Numbered from the stretch's first letter, positions 27,579 to 38,592 are shown. The stretch: 64,000 nucleotides of DNA from an uncultured delta proteobacterium (GCA_963696385.1 CAVOKF010000004.1:480001-544000), one strand, 5' to 3'. Notes: generated by a model not told the origin, from the letters alone. Numbers and translations: made by a program.

Positions 27579-30505
27579 ATGCGTCGCGGGCGGCATCGCT
27601 CCCCAGCTACCGGGACAGCCACGGGCAAAGGCGCCCGCGAGCCTGACTTCGTCGAGATTACTGGGGCGCGCGAGCACAACCTGGCCGTCGCGTATCTCGC
27701 CATCCCGAAGCGGCAGTTCGTGGTCTTCACCGGGCCCAGCGGATTGGGAAAATCCAGCCTCGCGTTCGACACGCTCTATGCGGAGGGGCAGCGCCGCTAT
27801 GTCGAGACCCTGAGCGCCTACGCGCGCCAGTTCCTCGGACAGCTCGAACGTCCCAAGGTAGACCATCTCCGGGGTCTTTCGCCGACCATCGCCATCGAGC
27901 AGAAGAGCGCTTCGAACAACCCAAGGTCCACCGTCGGCACCATCACCGAGATCTACGACTACTTGCGTGTCCTCTACGCAAAGCTCGGCCAACAGCGCTG
28001 CCCTTCGTGCGGCAAAAAGGTCGCCGCCGAGGGCCCGCAATCGGTGACGCGCGAGATCCTGGCCTTGCCCGAGGGAACGAGGATCACGGTCTTGGCACCC
28101 CTTGTCGTCCACCGTAAGGGCGAGTTCAAGGAACTCTGGGACGAGCTACGCGGGCGCGGCTTCGTGCGGGTGCGGCTCGACGGGCGGGTTCATCTCCTCG
28201 ACGCATTGCCTGCGATCGACAAAAGGAAGAAGCACAGCGTGGAGCTCGTCGTCGATCGACTCGTCGTGCGGGCGGCCGAGCGCGCGCGCCTCGCGGAGGC
28301 TGTGGAGCTCGGCCTCCGCGAGGGCAAAGGCAGCCTCATTGTCGAGCGCGCCGACGGCGGGGAGCAGACGTCGTTCAGCGAGGCGCGCGCGTGCTGTGGC
28401 GTTGCGTTTCCGCAGCTGTCGCCGCAGAGCTTCTCTTTCAACTCGCCGTTGGGCATGTGCCACTCGTGTAACGGCCTTGGTCAACGCGAGGTCGTCGACG
28501 CTCGCCTGGTCATCCCTGACCCTTCCCTGTCCATTCGCCACGGCGCGATCGCCCCCTGGGCTGCGGCTATGGCGCGGGGCGAGGGGTGGACGGCAAGGAT
28601 CGTCGACGGCGTCTCGCGCGCATTCGATGTCGACCTGGACGTGCCGTGGGAAAAGATCCCCAAAGCGAAGCAGAAGCTCGTGCTCTATGGCGTCGAGGGT
28701 CAGAAGATCGCCGTTCGCTGGGGCAAGGAAGGGGACCTAAACAGCGGCACCTGGGGGATGCGTTACGAAGGCATCATCAAGAACCTCGAGCGCAAATTCC
28801 ACGAGACCGATTCCGATGCCGCCCGCGACCTTTATCGCCGCTATCTGCGTGTCCAGCCATGCGAGTCGTGCGGGGGACGGCGGCTGCGGCGCGAGAGCCT
28901 GGCGGTCTTCGTCAGCGGCAAGACGATCGCGGACGTGACCCACATGACGGTGGCCGACGCTGCTGCCCACGTCGCGACGCTCAAGCTATCGCCCTCCGAG
29001 AAGGCGATTGGCGAGGGAGCGCTGCGCGAGGTCCAGAGCCGCCTCAAGTTTCTCCTCGACGTGGGGCTCGAGTACCTCGCGCTCGAGCGCGGCGGGCCGA
29101 CTCTCTCGGGTGGCGAGGCGCAGAGGATACGGCTCGCGAGCCAGCTCGGCAGCGAGCTCTCCGGGGTCATGTACGTGCTCGACGAGCCAAGCATCGGCCT
29201 TCACCCGCGCGACAACGCGCGACTCATCGCGACCCTCCGTCGGCTGCGCGACCTCGGCAACACCGTCATCGTGGTAGAGCACGACGAAGAGACCATCCGG
29301 GCGGCGGACCACGTGGTCGACTTCGGGCCCGGCGCTGGGCATATGGGCGGCAAGGTCACGTTCGAGGGAACGCCCGAGGGGCTCCTCTCGAGCGCGAGTC
29401 TGACGGGTGAGTACCTTGCTGGCAGGCTGCGCATCGAGCTGCCTCGCGAGCGCCGAGCGCCGCGCGCGTGGCTCGAGGTGAAGAAGGCGCGCGAGCACAA
29501 TTTGCGCGGTATTGACGTCCGGTTTCCCCTCGGCGTGCTTACCGCGGTGACGGGTGTGAGCGGCGCGGGCAAGAGCTCGCTGGTCAACGGCATTCTGCTG
29601 CCGGCCCTCGCGCGCTTGCTCCACGACAGCGCTGCCCCCGTGGGCGACCATGGAGAGATCCTCGGCCTATCCGCCCTCGACAAGGTCATCGCCATCGACC
29701 AGCAGCCCATCGGGAGGACCCCGCGCTCCAACGCGGGCACCTACACGAAAGCCTTCGACGCGATCCGCGGCGTGTTCGCGGAGCTCGCCGAGGCACGCAC
29801 CCGCGGATGGGACGCCGGTCGGTTCAGCTTCAATATGAAGGGGGGACGTTGCGAGACGTGCGCAGGGGGCGGGATGGTCAAGGTCGAGATGCACTTTCTC
29901 GCCGACATCTGGGTCCCGTGCGAGGCATGTGGCGCCAAGCGCTACAACGCCGAGACGCTGGACGTCAGGTTCAAGGGCAAGTCCATCTACGACGTGCTCG
30001 AGTCTAGCGTCGACGATTGCCGGGAGCTCTTTCGTGCGTTTCCCGCGCTGTCGCGCATCTTGGGCACGCTCGGGGAGGTGGGGCTCGGCTACATGAAGAT
30101 CGGTCAACCGGCGACCACTTTGAGCGGGGGTGAGGCTCAGCGAGTGAAGCTCAGTCGCGAGCTCGGCAAGGTGCAGACGGGCCGTACCCTCTATGTGCTT
30201 GACGAGCCGACGACCGGGCTGCACTTCGACGACATCAAGAAGCTCCTCGCGGTGTTGCAGCGGCTGGTCGACGCGGGCAATAGCGTGGTCGTCATCGAGC
30301 ACAACCTCGACGTCATCAAGTCGGCGGATTGGGTCATCGACCTCGGACCCGAGGGGGAGCGAGGGGCGGCCTGCTCCTTGCCGAGGGGACACCGGAGACG
30401 GTGGCTTCTTGTGAAGAGTCGTACACGGGTCGCTATCTCGCGCGGCTCCTCACGCGCCGGCGAGCGGCCGGAAGAAAGCCGCGAAAGCCGACGAAGGCTC
30501 GGTAA
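27579..30505 (+). CDS. uvrA: Excinuclease ABC subunit A, with a 1-nt frameshift near the C-terminus (~30353-30357)
   Basis: [27 protein letters not shown], zinc fingers, two LSGGEAQR signatures and a second Walker A GVSGAGKS. The conserved tail [11 protein letters not shown]...SYTGRYL is in another frame, ending at TAA 30503-30505. Confidence 0.95.
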
Positions 30506-30563
30506 GTCGTCTTGATGAGGCTGAATGGATTCGATTGAAGCGCACGATTTGTCGTCGCCTTCG

Positions 30564-31310
30564 TCACAGCTCTTGGCGCGTCGGCCGGAACAGGATCTCG
30601 TTGATGTCCACGTCCTCCGGCTGGTTGATCGCGAAGGCCACGACCCGTGCGAATGAGTCCGCCGGGATCGCATACGCCTCGTAGAACTTGTGGATGTTGT
30701 CGGAGACGTCCTTCTCGGTGATGCTGTCCGGCAGCTCGGTGGCCACCGCGCCCGGCGAGATCACCGTCGTGCGAATGTTGTAGGGCTTCACCTCCATACG
30801 AAGGCCCTCGGAGATCACGCGCACGGCGTACTTCGTGGCCGAGTAGACGGCGCCACCGGGATTGACCTTGTGCCCGGCCACCGACGACACGTTGATGATG
30901 TGCCCCGCCTTCTGCTGCTTCATGTGGGGCAGCGCTGCCGCGATGCCGTAGAGCACGCCCTTGATGTTCACGTCGATCGTGCGGTCCCAGTCGTCGATCT
31001 TGAGGCGCTCCAGCGGCGAGTGCGGCATCAAGCCTGCGTTGTTGAGCATTACGTCGATGCGACCGTAGGTCTGCACGGCTGCCTCGACGAGCTTCTTCAC
31101 TTGTTCGTGTTGCGTTACGTCCGTCGGCAGGGCAAGCGCCTTGCCACCCCGGCCGCTCAGGTCCTTCGCGAGCGACTGGATGCGCTCGAGACGGCGGGCA
31201 CCCAGGACGACCAGGGCCCCTTCCGCCGAGAGATGCCGGGCTGCCGCTTCGCCCAGCCCGCTGCTCGCGCCCGTGATGACGACGACCTTTCCTTGAATGT
31301 TGGTGCTCAT
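30564..31310 (-). CDS. SDR oxidoreductase (YdfG-like)
   Basis: [17 protein letters not shown] and INEILFRPT. Confidence 0.95.
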   Translation of the reverse strand: MSTNIQGKVVVITGASSGLGEAAARHLSAEGALVVLGARRLERIQSLAKDLSGRGGKALALPTDVTQHEQVKKLVEAAVQTYGRIDVMLNNAGLMPHSPLERLKIDDWDRTIDVNIKGVLYGIAAALPHMKQQKAGHIINVSSVAGHKVNPGGAVYSATKYAVRVISEGLRMEVKPYNIRTTVISPGAVATELPDSITEKDVSDNIHKFYEAYAIPADSFARVVAFAINQPEDVDINEILFRPTRQEL

Positions 31311-31356
31311 GCTTGGCGCCCTCTACAGGTGACGATACACAGTCGATGGACGTGAA

Positions 31357-31391
31357 CATGCGCCTTCCGCGCCTCGACGGGAAGGCGCATG
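31357..31391. promoter_or_regulatory. Perfect 12-bp inverted repeat between divergent genes
   Basis: CATGCGCCTTCC-N11-GGAAGGCGCATG. Confidence 0.5.
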
Positions 31392-31463
31392 AGCCTCACG
31401 GGCCGCAGAGGAGATCGTCACGCTCCGGCAAAGGCGCCGCGACCAACCGGCGCAGGGGTTGCC

Positions 31464-31919
31464 ATGGACGGAATCGTGATAAACCTAAAAGGCGTGAAAC
31501 CGCGTCGGTTCGATCGGGGCATCCTCACGGCGCTGGCGGCGGTCGTTCTCGTCGTGGCGGTGTTCGCGGCATCCGCCCGAAAGGCGACTGCCAGCCACCG
31601 CGCGACGACGCCCGGCCAGGGTGACGGAGCGGCGACGAGCGGACCTCCGCCGGACGGCAAGTACGAGAACGTAACGGTCGAGGGACGCATCGTTCCGATG
31701 ATTCACCTGATGAACGGCGGCTCGATCGTGCTCGTCGACACGGACGGCGCCAAGCCGCGGACGTGGGAGGAGCAGTACAAGCGCAAGGGCGAGATGCCGA
31801 ACGGCACGTTCGACATCCACAAGACGAACGTAAACGGGAATGACACGTTCGCCGACGATCCTGTCGACCGAAAGGGTCGCTGGGTCATCGACAGCAACGC
31901 GAACATCCGCGCGTTCTAA
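31464..31919 (+). CDS. Hypothetical exported protein
   Basis: Hydrophobic N-terminal segment followed by a protein-like soluble domain with high GC3. Start uncertain. Confidence 0.65.
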   Translation: MDGIVINLKGVKPRRFDRGILTALAAVVLVVAVFAASARKATASHRATTPGQGDGAATSGPPPDGKYENVTVEGRIVPMIHLMNGGSIVLVDTDGAKPRTWEEQYKRKGEMPNGTFDIHKTNVNGNDTFADDPVDRKGRWVIDSNANIRAF

Positions 31920-32461
31920 GCGCCGCGCGCCTGCCGACGCGCCGCGACGAGAATCCGTAGCGCTTCGACTGGATCGTCGCTGGACGCAAGGACGACCGGC
32001 GGCAGGCTCGGCGTCGCGCGCGCTCGCTCGAGTACCGCGAAGACGCGCGCCTCCGCCAAGTGCCGGGACGGCTGGCCGCCGTCCCAGACGAGCTGCACCC
32101 CGGCGACGCCCGCGGCGCGCAGCGCCTCGACGATCTCGCCCACGCGTCGCAGGTTCCGCGGGGTGACCGGAACGATCGCGATGGCGCCGGCGACTCCCAG
32201 CCCGAGGCCGGCGAGGGCCTTGCGCGACCGTACGCGGACGACCGGGAGTTCAGCCGGCGCTTTCGCAGCGGCTCGTCGCAGCGCCCGCGCCATCGCGACG
32301 GCCAGCTGTCGCGCGAGCGCGGCGTCCTTCACCGAAAGGCCGATTCGCGCGACTGCGTCGCCGGAGGTGTCCGCCTCGCCGACGGAGAGCACGATGCCTC
32401 CGGGATGCTGGGCCGCGGCGCGCGCCGCACGACGCGCATCACGCCGGACGACGATCGCCAT
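31916..32461 (-). CDS. Hypothetical protein, possibly a degenerate radical-SAM barrel fragment
   Basis: Last gene of the operon. IVPVTPRNLRRVGEIVEALRAAGVAGVQL resembles the C-terminal beta/alpha units of rSAM barrels. No Cys residues. Confidence 0.6.
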   Translation of the reverse strand: MAIVVRRDARRAARAAAQHPGGIVLSVGEADTSGDAVARIGLSVKDAALARQLAVAMARALRRAAAKAPAELPVVRVRSRKALAGLGLGVAGAIAIVPVTPRNLRRVGEIVEALRAAGVAGVQLVWDGGQPSRHLAEARVFAVLERARATPSLPPVVLASSDDPVEALRILVAARRQARGA

Positions 32462-33764
32462 CGCGGTCCGTTCCCGTCGGGCGGAAGAAACAGTTGTTCA
32501 TGCACGTGAGCGGGCACGACGCGATCATCGCGCGCGTCTTCGCGTAGGCCTGCGAGTTCCAGAGCTCGCGCAGGCTCACGTGGCGCGCATCTCCGTGCGA
32601 CCAGGGGAGCCGGTAGCATGGCTTGACGAAGCCGCGGTGATCGACGCCGAGGAAGGTTTCGCCCACGTGGCACGAGACGCCGAGCGCGGCGCGCGAGGAG
32701 TTGTCGAAGTACCGACGGAAGAGGGCGAGCCGCTCTTGCGACAGGTTGAGGAAGCGCGGATGCTCGCGTGCGATCGCGGTGAGGTCCTCTGCCATGCGCG
32801 CGATCGCGGGTCCGTCGGCGCGCATCGGCCACAGCGTGGCGAGCATCTGCACGTCGTCCTTGCGGGTGATTCGGTCACCGTCAATGACGCCGTGCTGGAG
32901 GTTGACCGGCTGCACGTTGAAGCCGTTGCAGCCGGTATCGTGCGCCCAGCGCGCGAGATTGGCGATCTCGGCGATGTTCGCTCGCTGGATGACCGTCGAG
33001 ACATTCACGAGCAGCTTCGACGGCCTCGCGTCGCGCGCGGCGACGAGCCGGCGCACCGCGCGGAAGGCGTTGTCGCGGGCCCGCGGGACGCCGGTGATGG
33101 CATCGTGCATCGCGGCGGTCGCGCCGTGGATGGATACGGAGACCGAGACCTCGCGTCGCGCGAGCTCGGTGGCGACCGCTTTCGAGATGCGGAATCCGTT
33201 GGTCGTGACGTTGACGCGCAGGCCGAGGGCGTTGGCGTCGCGGATGTACGCGAGCATCTCGGGGTCTCGGAACGGCTCGCCCTTGCCCGTCAGTGCCACA
33301 CGCCCCACGCCCCACGCCGCCACGTCCGCGAAGAGCGCGCGCACGTGGTCCGGCGTCATCGTCTCAGGATCGCGCTTGGTCACTCGGTTCTTGCACATGA
33401 CGCACTCGAGACCGCAGAGATCGTTGGTCGAAATGTCGACCGCCGGGGGAGGCAGCGTGTATGGGCGGCCGGTCGAGAGGCGGACCAAGACGCCGCGCGC
33501 GTGCAGCCGTCGGAGCGCCGGGACGAGGGCGCCCTCGTGCGAGACCACCGTGCGATCGGGCGTCTCGTCGACCGCGCGGACGACTACCGTAACCGCCGGC
33601 GGGGCAGCGTGCGCAGGCGCGCCCGCGATGCGAAGGAGCAATTCGAGGTTTGCGGGTTCGACGTGCCAGACGAGCGAGCGTCCGGTCGCTAGCGCGGCGC
33701 GTGCGGTGGCAAGGGCCTCTGCGGGCGCCGGCGTGCCGCTCGCGAAGAGGTCTACCGCGTTCAT
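32439..33764 (-). CDS. Radical SAM protein with a SPASM/twitch domain
   Basis: CGLECVMC (CxxxCxxC), TGKGEP, TTNG and VSIHG. C-terminal CHVG...G.VKPC...LW...CPLTCMNNC. Confidence 0.92.
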   Translation of the reverse strand: MNAVDLFASGTPAPAEALATARAALATGRSLVWHVEPANLELLLRIAGAPAHAAPPAVTVVVRAVDETPDRTVVSHEGALVPALRRLHARGVLVRLSTGRPYTLPPPAVDISTNDLCGLECVMCKNRVTKRDPETMTPDHVRALFADVAAWGVGRVALTGKGEPFRDPEMLAYIRDANALGLRVNVTTNGFRISKAVATELARREVSVSVSIHGATAAMHDAITGVPRARDNAFRAVRRLVAARDARPSKLLVNVSTVIQRANIAEIANLARWAHDTGCNGFNVQPVNLQHGVIDGDRITRKDDVQMLATLWPMRADGPAIARMAEDLTAIAREHPRFLNLSQERLALFRRYFDNSSRAALGVSCHVGETFLGVDHRGFVKPCYRLPWSHGDARHVSLRELWNSQAYAKTRAMIASCPLTCMNNCFFRPTGTDRDGDRRPA

Positions 33765-36700
33765 TGTGCCGCAACCTCCTCGATCGCCGCGAAGAGGTCA
33801 TGGGTACCTCCCCTGCAGTTCATGCACACGGGCATCGCCGAACGCCCCGCGAGCATCGCCGCGCGGAACGCGCGGTACCTCTCGCCGCCCCAGATCTCGT
33901 CAAACGGCGTCTCGAAGACGTTGCCCATGACGAAGGCGTCGCCCATGTCCGGCCGGAGGTAACAGCACGGGGTAACCGAGCCGTCGACGTTCACGACGGT
34001 GTGGTCCCAGGGCATCGTGCAGAAGGGGTGGTGGGCGTTGTGCGTCCCGTCCTCGCGGTAGCGCGAGAGCAGCTTGGTCGTCGGCACAAGATGGCGCGTG
34101 GCGTCGTCTTCGGCGCCGACCGTCTTGATGCGCAAGTGGTCGGTGCCCCAGACGCCCGCGAGACGCCGGATCTCGTCGAGCTCGTGCTCGTTGTGCCGCA
34201 TGACGATGAACTGGAGGTCGATGATCGGATGCGTGAGATTGCGTCGCTTCTTTTCGGCGCAGATCCAGGCCACCTGCTCGGCGACGCGTGCGAAATCGCC
34301 GCCCTTACGGAAGACCTCGTAAGTCGCCTGGCTCGCGCCATCTACGCAAAGGATGAGCACGTCCAGGCCGGACGACAGGAGCCTTCGGCCCTTCTCCCCG
34401 TCGAGGAAATGGGCGTTCGACGAGACCTTGACGACGCGGACGCCGGCGGCCTTCGCCTTGCCGATGATCGCCGGCAGATCGCGGTGCAGAAGCGGCTCGC
34501 CGTAGTTCCAGAGGGCCAGGGTCTGGAGGCGCGGGGTCAGGGCCCGCACGACCGAGTCGAACCGCTCGACGCTCATCTGCGGCTTGGGCTTGATCTTCCC
34601 CTTGCCGGTCGGGCACGTCGGGCAGCCGAGGTTGCAGAGGTTCGTCGGCTCGATCATCGCCGCGCGCGGGCCCTCGGCCGGGGCGTCCGACAGGTAGCGC
34701 GCCAGGTCGGGCGGTGGGATTACGCGGACGCCGTGCGCGGCGAACAGCCGCTCCAGGGCGTGCGCTTCGGGCACCGCGGCCATGGCCATGGGCCACGAGG
34801 CCTGCGCCTCGCGCGAGAGGAATATGCGAACGCTCGTGATCTTCGCGAACGACGCGTCGGGTAGAACCGCCAGGCGCTGGAGGAGGGCCTCACCGTCCTG
34901 CATCGGCACGACCTGCACCACGCGAGCGCCGCGGATGAACGGGAGCGCGTAGTCCTGGAACTCGGCCCCGACGAAGCGGCGAAGCTTCATCTCGACGAGA
35001 GGACGGTGACCGAGCGCCTGGCAATCCGACAGCGCCCCGGCGAGAAGCGACACTCCATCCTCCATCGCGCGCAGGCGCACGACGCCGCCCTTGTTCACGA
35101 TCTTCGCGAACGTCGCGCGCCGCTTCGCCGCCGCTACGCGCCGCAGCATCGCGTCCTCCTGCGCGAGACGTAGCAGCGCGACGCCTGTTGTCGCCTCGCG
35201 GAGGGCAGCCCGCTGTGCGAGGGCCCGGGCGCTCGCGGCGGGGCCCGGATCGCCCGCGAGCGCGGCTCGGAAAGCCCGGAGAGGGCGCAGCGCGACCCCG
35301 CGGCGCAAGATCGAGGTCCAGCGCTCCACGATTTGCGCGGTCCGTGTCGTCGTCGAAAAGCGTTGGGCGGCACGCGCCCGTCCGCGGTTCCCCATCTCGC
35401 GCATGCGGCAGGGGTCCGCGAGGAGCGACGCGAGCGCGCGCGCCGTGGCCGAAGCGTCCGCCGGCGGCACCAGGACGGCTGTCGAGCCATCGGCCACCGC
35501 CTCCGGGATCCCGCCCGTGCGCGTCGCGACGACCGGAAGGCCACTTGCGGCTGCCTCGAGCAGCGCAACGCCGAAGCCCTCGACGTCCGTTGCGCTCTCC
35601 TCCGAAAGGAGCAGGAAGACGCGGGCCATGCGGTAGATCGCGGGGAGATCGCCGTCGTCCACCATGCCTATGGCGCGCACCCGGTCGACGATTCCGAGCT
35701 CCCTGGCGAGCGCTTCGAGCTCGGGGGATAGGCGCGCGCTCTCGCCGGTATAGACGTACAGGGCGCGAGGCCGGTGTCGCAGCACCTCGGCCATCGCGCG
35801 CAGCGCTGTCGCGTGTCCCTTGCGCGGGACGAGGCGCGACACGGTGAGGACTACTTCGTCGTCCGGGGCGATCCCCATTCTCGACGCGAGCAGGACCTCT
35901 GCTGGGCCCGGACGGAAGCGGACGGAGTCGACCCCGTTCTCGACGACTTGGATCGCGGCGCGGCGTGCGCCGGCCAATCGGGCGAGACGTGCGGAGAACG
36001 AGGAGACGGCGATGACCACGTCGGCGGCGCGGAGGCCGCCCACGAGCGATGCGCGGTAGGCGGCTTCCTGTCCGTCGTGCCGCGCCCACGGGGCGAGCAG
36101 GTCGTTGCCGTGAACGTTGATGCTGACGGCTGCTGGGAAAGCCGCGCGGAGCGCGGGCACCCAGGGCGCAAGGCCCGCGTTGCATAGATGAACGACGTCG
36201 GGCGCGTCGACGAGCAGCGCGTCGAGCGTGGCGAGCAGGTCGCTCCAGAGATTCATACCCGAAGAAAAGAGCCGGCGCACCGTGCCCTGGGGCAGCCCTG
36301 ACGTTTCGGGGCCGAAGTGTCGCGTCGCGTAGACACGAACGTCGATTCCCTGGTCCAACAGGCCCAACGCCAGCGTTCGCGCCACGGTCTCCATGCCCCC
36401 GAAGCGTGGCGCGAACTCGTGCGCGACGAGGACGACACGCCGGACCTCGCGCCCGGCGCGGAGAGGCCGCAGCACGGCGTCGGCGGTCGTCCGGTTCCCG
36501 GGCACGAGGGGCCGCTTGCGGTGCGCCTCGGTCATCGATGCGAGCGTGCCGGGCGTCAGGAGGAGAGCTTCGAGCCGATCGGCGATCGATCGGGCGTCGG
36601 GGCGGGCAAGCACTGCGGCGCCCATGTCGGCGAGGCGCCGAGCGCGCGCCATCTGGTCCTCTGCGTGGCGGTGCGCCGGCACGAGGATCGCCGGCTTGCC

Positions 36701-37528
36701 GAGCGCGCGGATCTCCGCCACCGAGTTGTAGCCCGCCTGCGAGACGATCACCGACGCCCGCGCGAGGAGAGCGGCTAGGTGGTCGCACGAGCGGGTTACG
36801 TCGAGGCCCGGGACGGCGTCCAGGTGGTCCGGCACCTCCCCGTACGGCCCCGTGACGAGCACCGTCGAGAGCCCCGGAATGCGGGCGTGCGCGAGGATGT
36901 GCGCGTCGGCGGCGGCTCGCAGGAACCGTCGCGCATCGACCGGCTGTCCTCCGCCGCCCGCCATCACCACGACGTGCGGAGCTTTCACTCTCCGCGGGAG
37001 CTTCGTGTCGAGCGCGCGGACGACCGTTCCCGTAACGATGACGGGCAGGTGTTGCTGGCAGCGCAGGTCGACCTCTCCCGCCTCGTGCGGAACGACGATG
37101 CGGTCGAACGCGGCAGATGCGTCGCTCGCCAAAAAATTCGCGAGGGCGTCGCGACGGAGCTCGCGTTGCACGAGGACCGTTCGCGCGCCGATGGACGCGG
37201 CGAAGTGCGCGAGCGCGGTGGGCGCGTGGGTGTCGAAGACGACGAGGTCGGGCCGGAAGGCGCGCAGGGCGGCCGTCATCGCGGCGTACTCGAGCGGCGC
37301 AGGCAGGGCTCGACGTACGCGTTCCGGGTCAGCGTGCGGTTCGGCAAGGCGCGGGGGAAAGCTCACCAAGTCGAAGCCTGCGCGCGTTACCACCGACGTA
37401 TCCGCGGCATTCGTGAGGACGAGGATCTGGGCCTCGGAGTGGAGCGTCCTCACCTCGGTCGCGATGGAGGTTGCCCGGACAACGTGTCCCAGGCCGACCC
37501 CATTGATGGCGTGAAACGCGATTCTCAT
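33761..37528 (-). CDS. Fusion: GT-B glycosyltransferase + GT4 glycosyltransferase + radical SAM/SPASM (~1255 aa)
   Basis: N-terminal GVGLGH...SQAGYNS..E...DQ..RA. Middle FGGME...VSRLVPRKG...EGFGVALLEAAASGLPVV. C-terminal CNLGCPTC (34613-34636), NYGEPL and CTMPW...DGSVTPCC...CMNC. ATGA overlaps on both sides. Confidence 0.92.
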   Translation of the reverse strand: MRIAFHAINGVGLGHVVRATSIATEVRTLHSEAQILVLTNAADTSVVTRAGFDLVSFPPRLAEPHADPERVRRALPAPLEYAAMTAALRAFRPDLVVFDTHAPTALAHFAASIGARTVLVQRELRRDALANFLASDASAAFDRIVVPHEAGEVDLRCQQHLPVIVTGTVVRALDTKLPRRVKAPHVVVMAGGGGQPVDARRFLRAAADAHILAHARIPGLSTVLVTGPYGEVPDHLDAVPGLDVTRSCDHLAALLARASVIVSQAGYNSVAEIRALGKPAILVPAHRHAEDQMARARRLADMGAAVLARPDARSIADRLEALLLTPGTLASMTEAHRKRPLVPGNRTTADAVLRPLRAGREVRRVVLVAHEFAPRFGGMETVARTLALGLLDQGIDVRVYATRHFGPETSGLPQGTVRRLFSSGMNLWSDLLATLDALLVDAPDVVHLCNAGLAPWVPALRAAFPAAVSINVHGNDLLAPWARHDGQEAAYRASLVGGLRAADVVIAVSSFSARLARLAGARRAAIQVVENGVDSVRFRPGPAEVLLASRMGIAPDDEVVLTVSRLVPRKGHATALRAMAEVLRHRPRALYVYTGESARLSPELEALARELGIVDRVRAIGMVDDGDLPAIYRMARVFLLLSEESATDVEGFGVALLEAAASGLPVVATRTGGIPEAVADGSTAVLVPPADASATARALASLLADPCRMREMGNRGRARAAQRFSTTTRTAQIVERWTSILRRGVALRPLRAFRAALAGDPGPAASARALAQRAALREATTGVALLRLAQEDAMLRRVAAAKRRATFAKIVNKGGVVRLRAMEDGVSLLAGALSDCQALGHRPLVEMKLRRFVGAEFQDYALPFIRGARVVQVVPMQDGEALLQRLAVLPDASFAKITSVRIFLSREAQASWPMAMAAVPEAHALERLFAAHGVRVIPPPDLARYLSDAPAEGPRAAMIEPTNLCNLGCPTCPTGKGKIKPKPQMSVERFDSVVRALTPRLQTLALWNYGEPLLHRDLPAIIGKAKAAGVRVVKVSSNAHFLDGEKGRRLLSSGLDVLILCVDGASQATYEVFRKGGDFARVAEQVAWICAEKKRRNLTHPIIDLQFIVMRHNEHELDEIRRLAGVWGTDHLRIKTVGAEDDATRHLVPTTKLLSRYREDGTHNAHHPFCTMPWDHTVVNVDGSVTPCCYLRPDMGDAFVMGNVFETPFDEIWGGERYRAFRAAMLAGRSAMPVCMNCRGGTHDLFAAIEEVAAQ

Positions 37529-38592
37529 GGTGCGTCCCGATCGAGCAGGTGGAGTAAAGCCTCCGCCGCGCGATCTGCCCCGCAGGGGATGAGCGTCGGA
37601 CGTGGCGCGCTCTCCATCCACTCTACGGCTGAGGCAAGGCTCTCGCCGTTGACGCGACCCAGCGAGCGCCCCAGGCCGGCCTCCTCGAAGCGGGCCGCCC
37701 GGCCGGCCTGATCGTCGAACGCACGCGGCATCGCGAAGAGCGCCATCGGGACTCCGGCCTTCGCCAGCTCGTGCGCGAGGTTGTACCCGGCCGGCGCGAT
37801 CGCGCCGTCGAAGGCCGCCAGTAGTGGCTGCAACGGCGTCTCCGCGATGCAGCGAACCCCCGCGAGTGCGGGTCGCTGGCGAGCCAGGGGTCCCACCGCA
37901 AGGACCGGCGACGGGGCGCCGTGCATCCGTGCCAGCGCCGTTGCGGCACGCAGACCCTGCTCGACCGCCTCCTCGTCTCCGCCACCGCCCGAGGCGACGA
38001 GGATCAGTCTCCCCTCTCGGGGGAGGCCCAGGCGATCCCTCGCTGCGTCGCGCGGGATCGCGTCGTCTGCTTCGAACAGCGTGATGGGCGGCACCCGCAC
38101 GACTGGGATGGGCAAGTCCTCCACCTGGTGCGGCCGAGGGTCGTCCGGGACGATCGCCAGGTTGTAGTCCGAGAGCCCCTCACCGGCCGCGCCCGCGCGC
38201 GCGCGGTCCGCTCGAACGCTCCGGCGAATCAGCGCCCGGCGCGCGATGCCACGGACGAGGCCGGAGAGCTCGCCGTGTGGCCCCCACGGGAACGTATCGG
38301 TGACGAGCAGGTTGGGTCGGAAAGCTTCGATTGCCGCGCGCACGACCCGCGTGCCCACGTCGCTGCGGACGGTGTCCGGCCAGCCGCTGCGCCGGGCCAT
38401 CCACGGTCCCGGCCAGCGCACGGCGGCGATTGGCTCGACGCGGAGGACGGCGTCGGCCTCCGAGGTCGTGGCGAGCAACAGCTCGAGCAAGTCCGTCTTG
38501 CGCCGTAGCGCGCGGGCGATCGCCAGCGCGCGAGTGACGTGACCGGCGCCCAGTCCGTCGTTGGCGAGCAAGAGGGCCCGTAGCGGTCGCAT
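37525..38592 (-). CDS. GT-B fold glycosyltransferase (GT28-C/COG4671-like)
   Basis: GLGAGHVTRA, SGGGGD, AGYNLAHE and FDDQAGRA. Paralogous to the N-terminal module of the fusion protein. Confidence 0.88.
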   Translation of the reverse strand: MRPLRALLLANDGLGAGHVTRALAIARALRRKTDLLELLLATTSEADAVLRVEPIAAVRWPGPWMARRSGWPDTVRSDVGTRVVRAAIEAFRPNLLVTDTFPWGPHGELSGLVRGIARRALIRRSVRADRARAGAAGEGLSDYNLAIVPDDPRPHQVEDLPIPVVRVPPITLFEADDAIPRDAARDRLGLPREGRLILVASGGGGDEEAVEQGLRAATALARMHGAPSPVLAVGPLARQRPALAGVRCIAETPLQPLLAAFDGAIAPAGYNLAHELAKAGVPMALFAMPRAFDDQAGRAARFEEAGLGRSLGRVNGESLASAVEWMESAPRPTLIPCGADRAAEALLHLLDRDAP

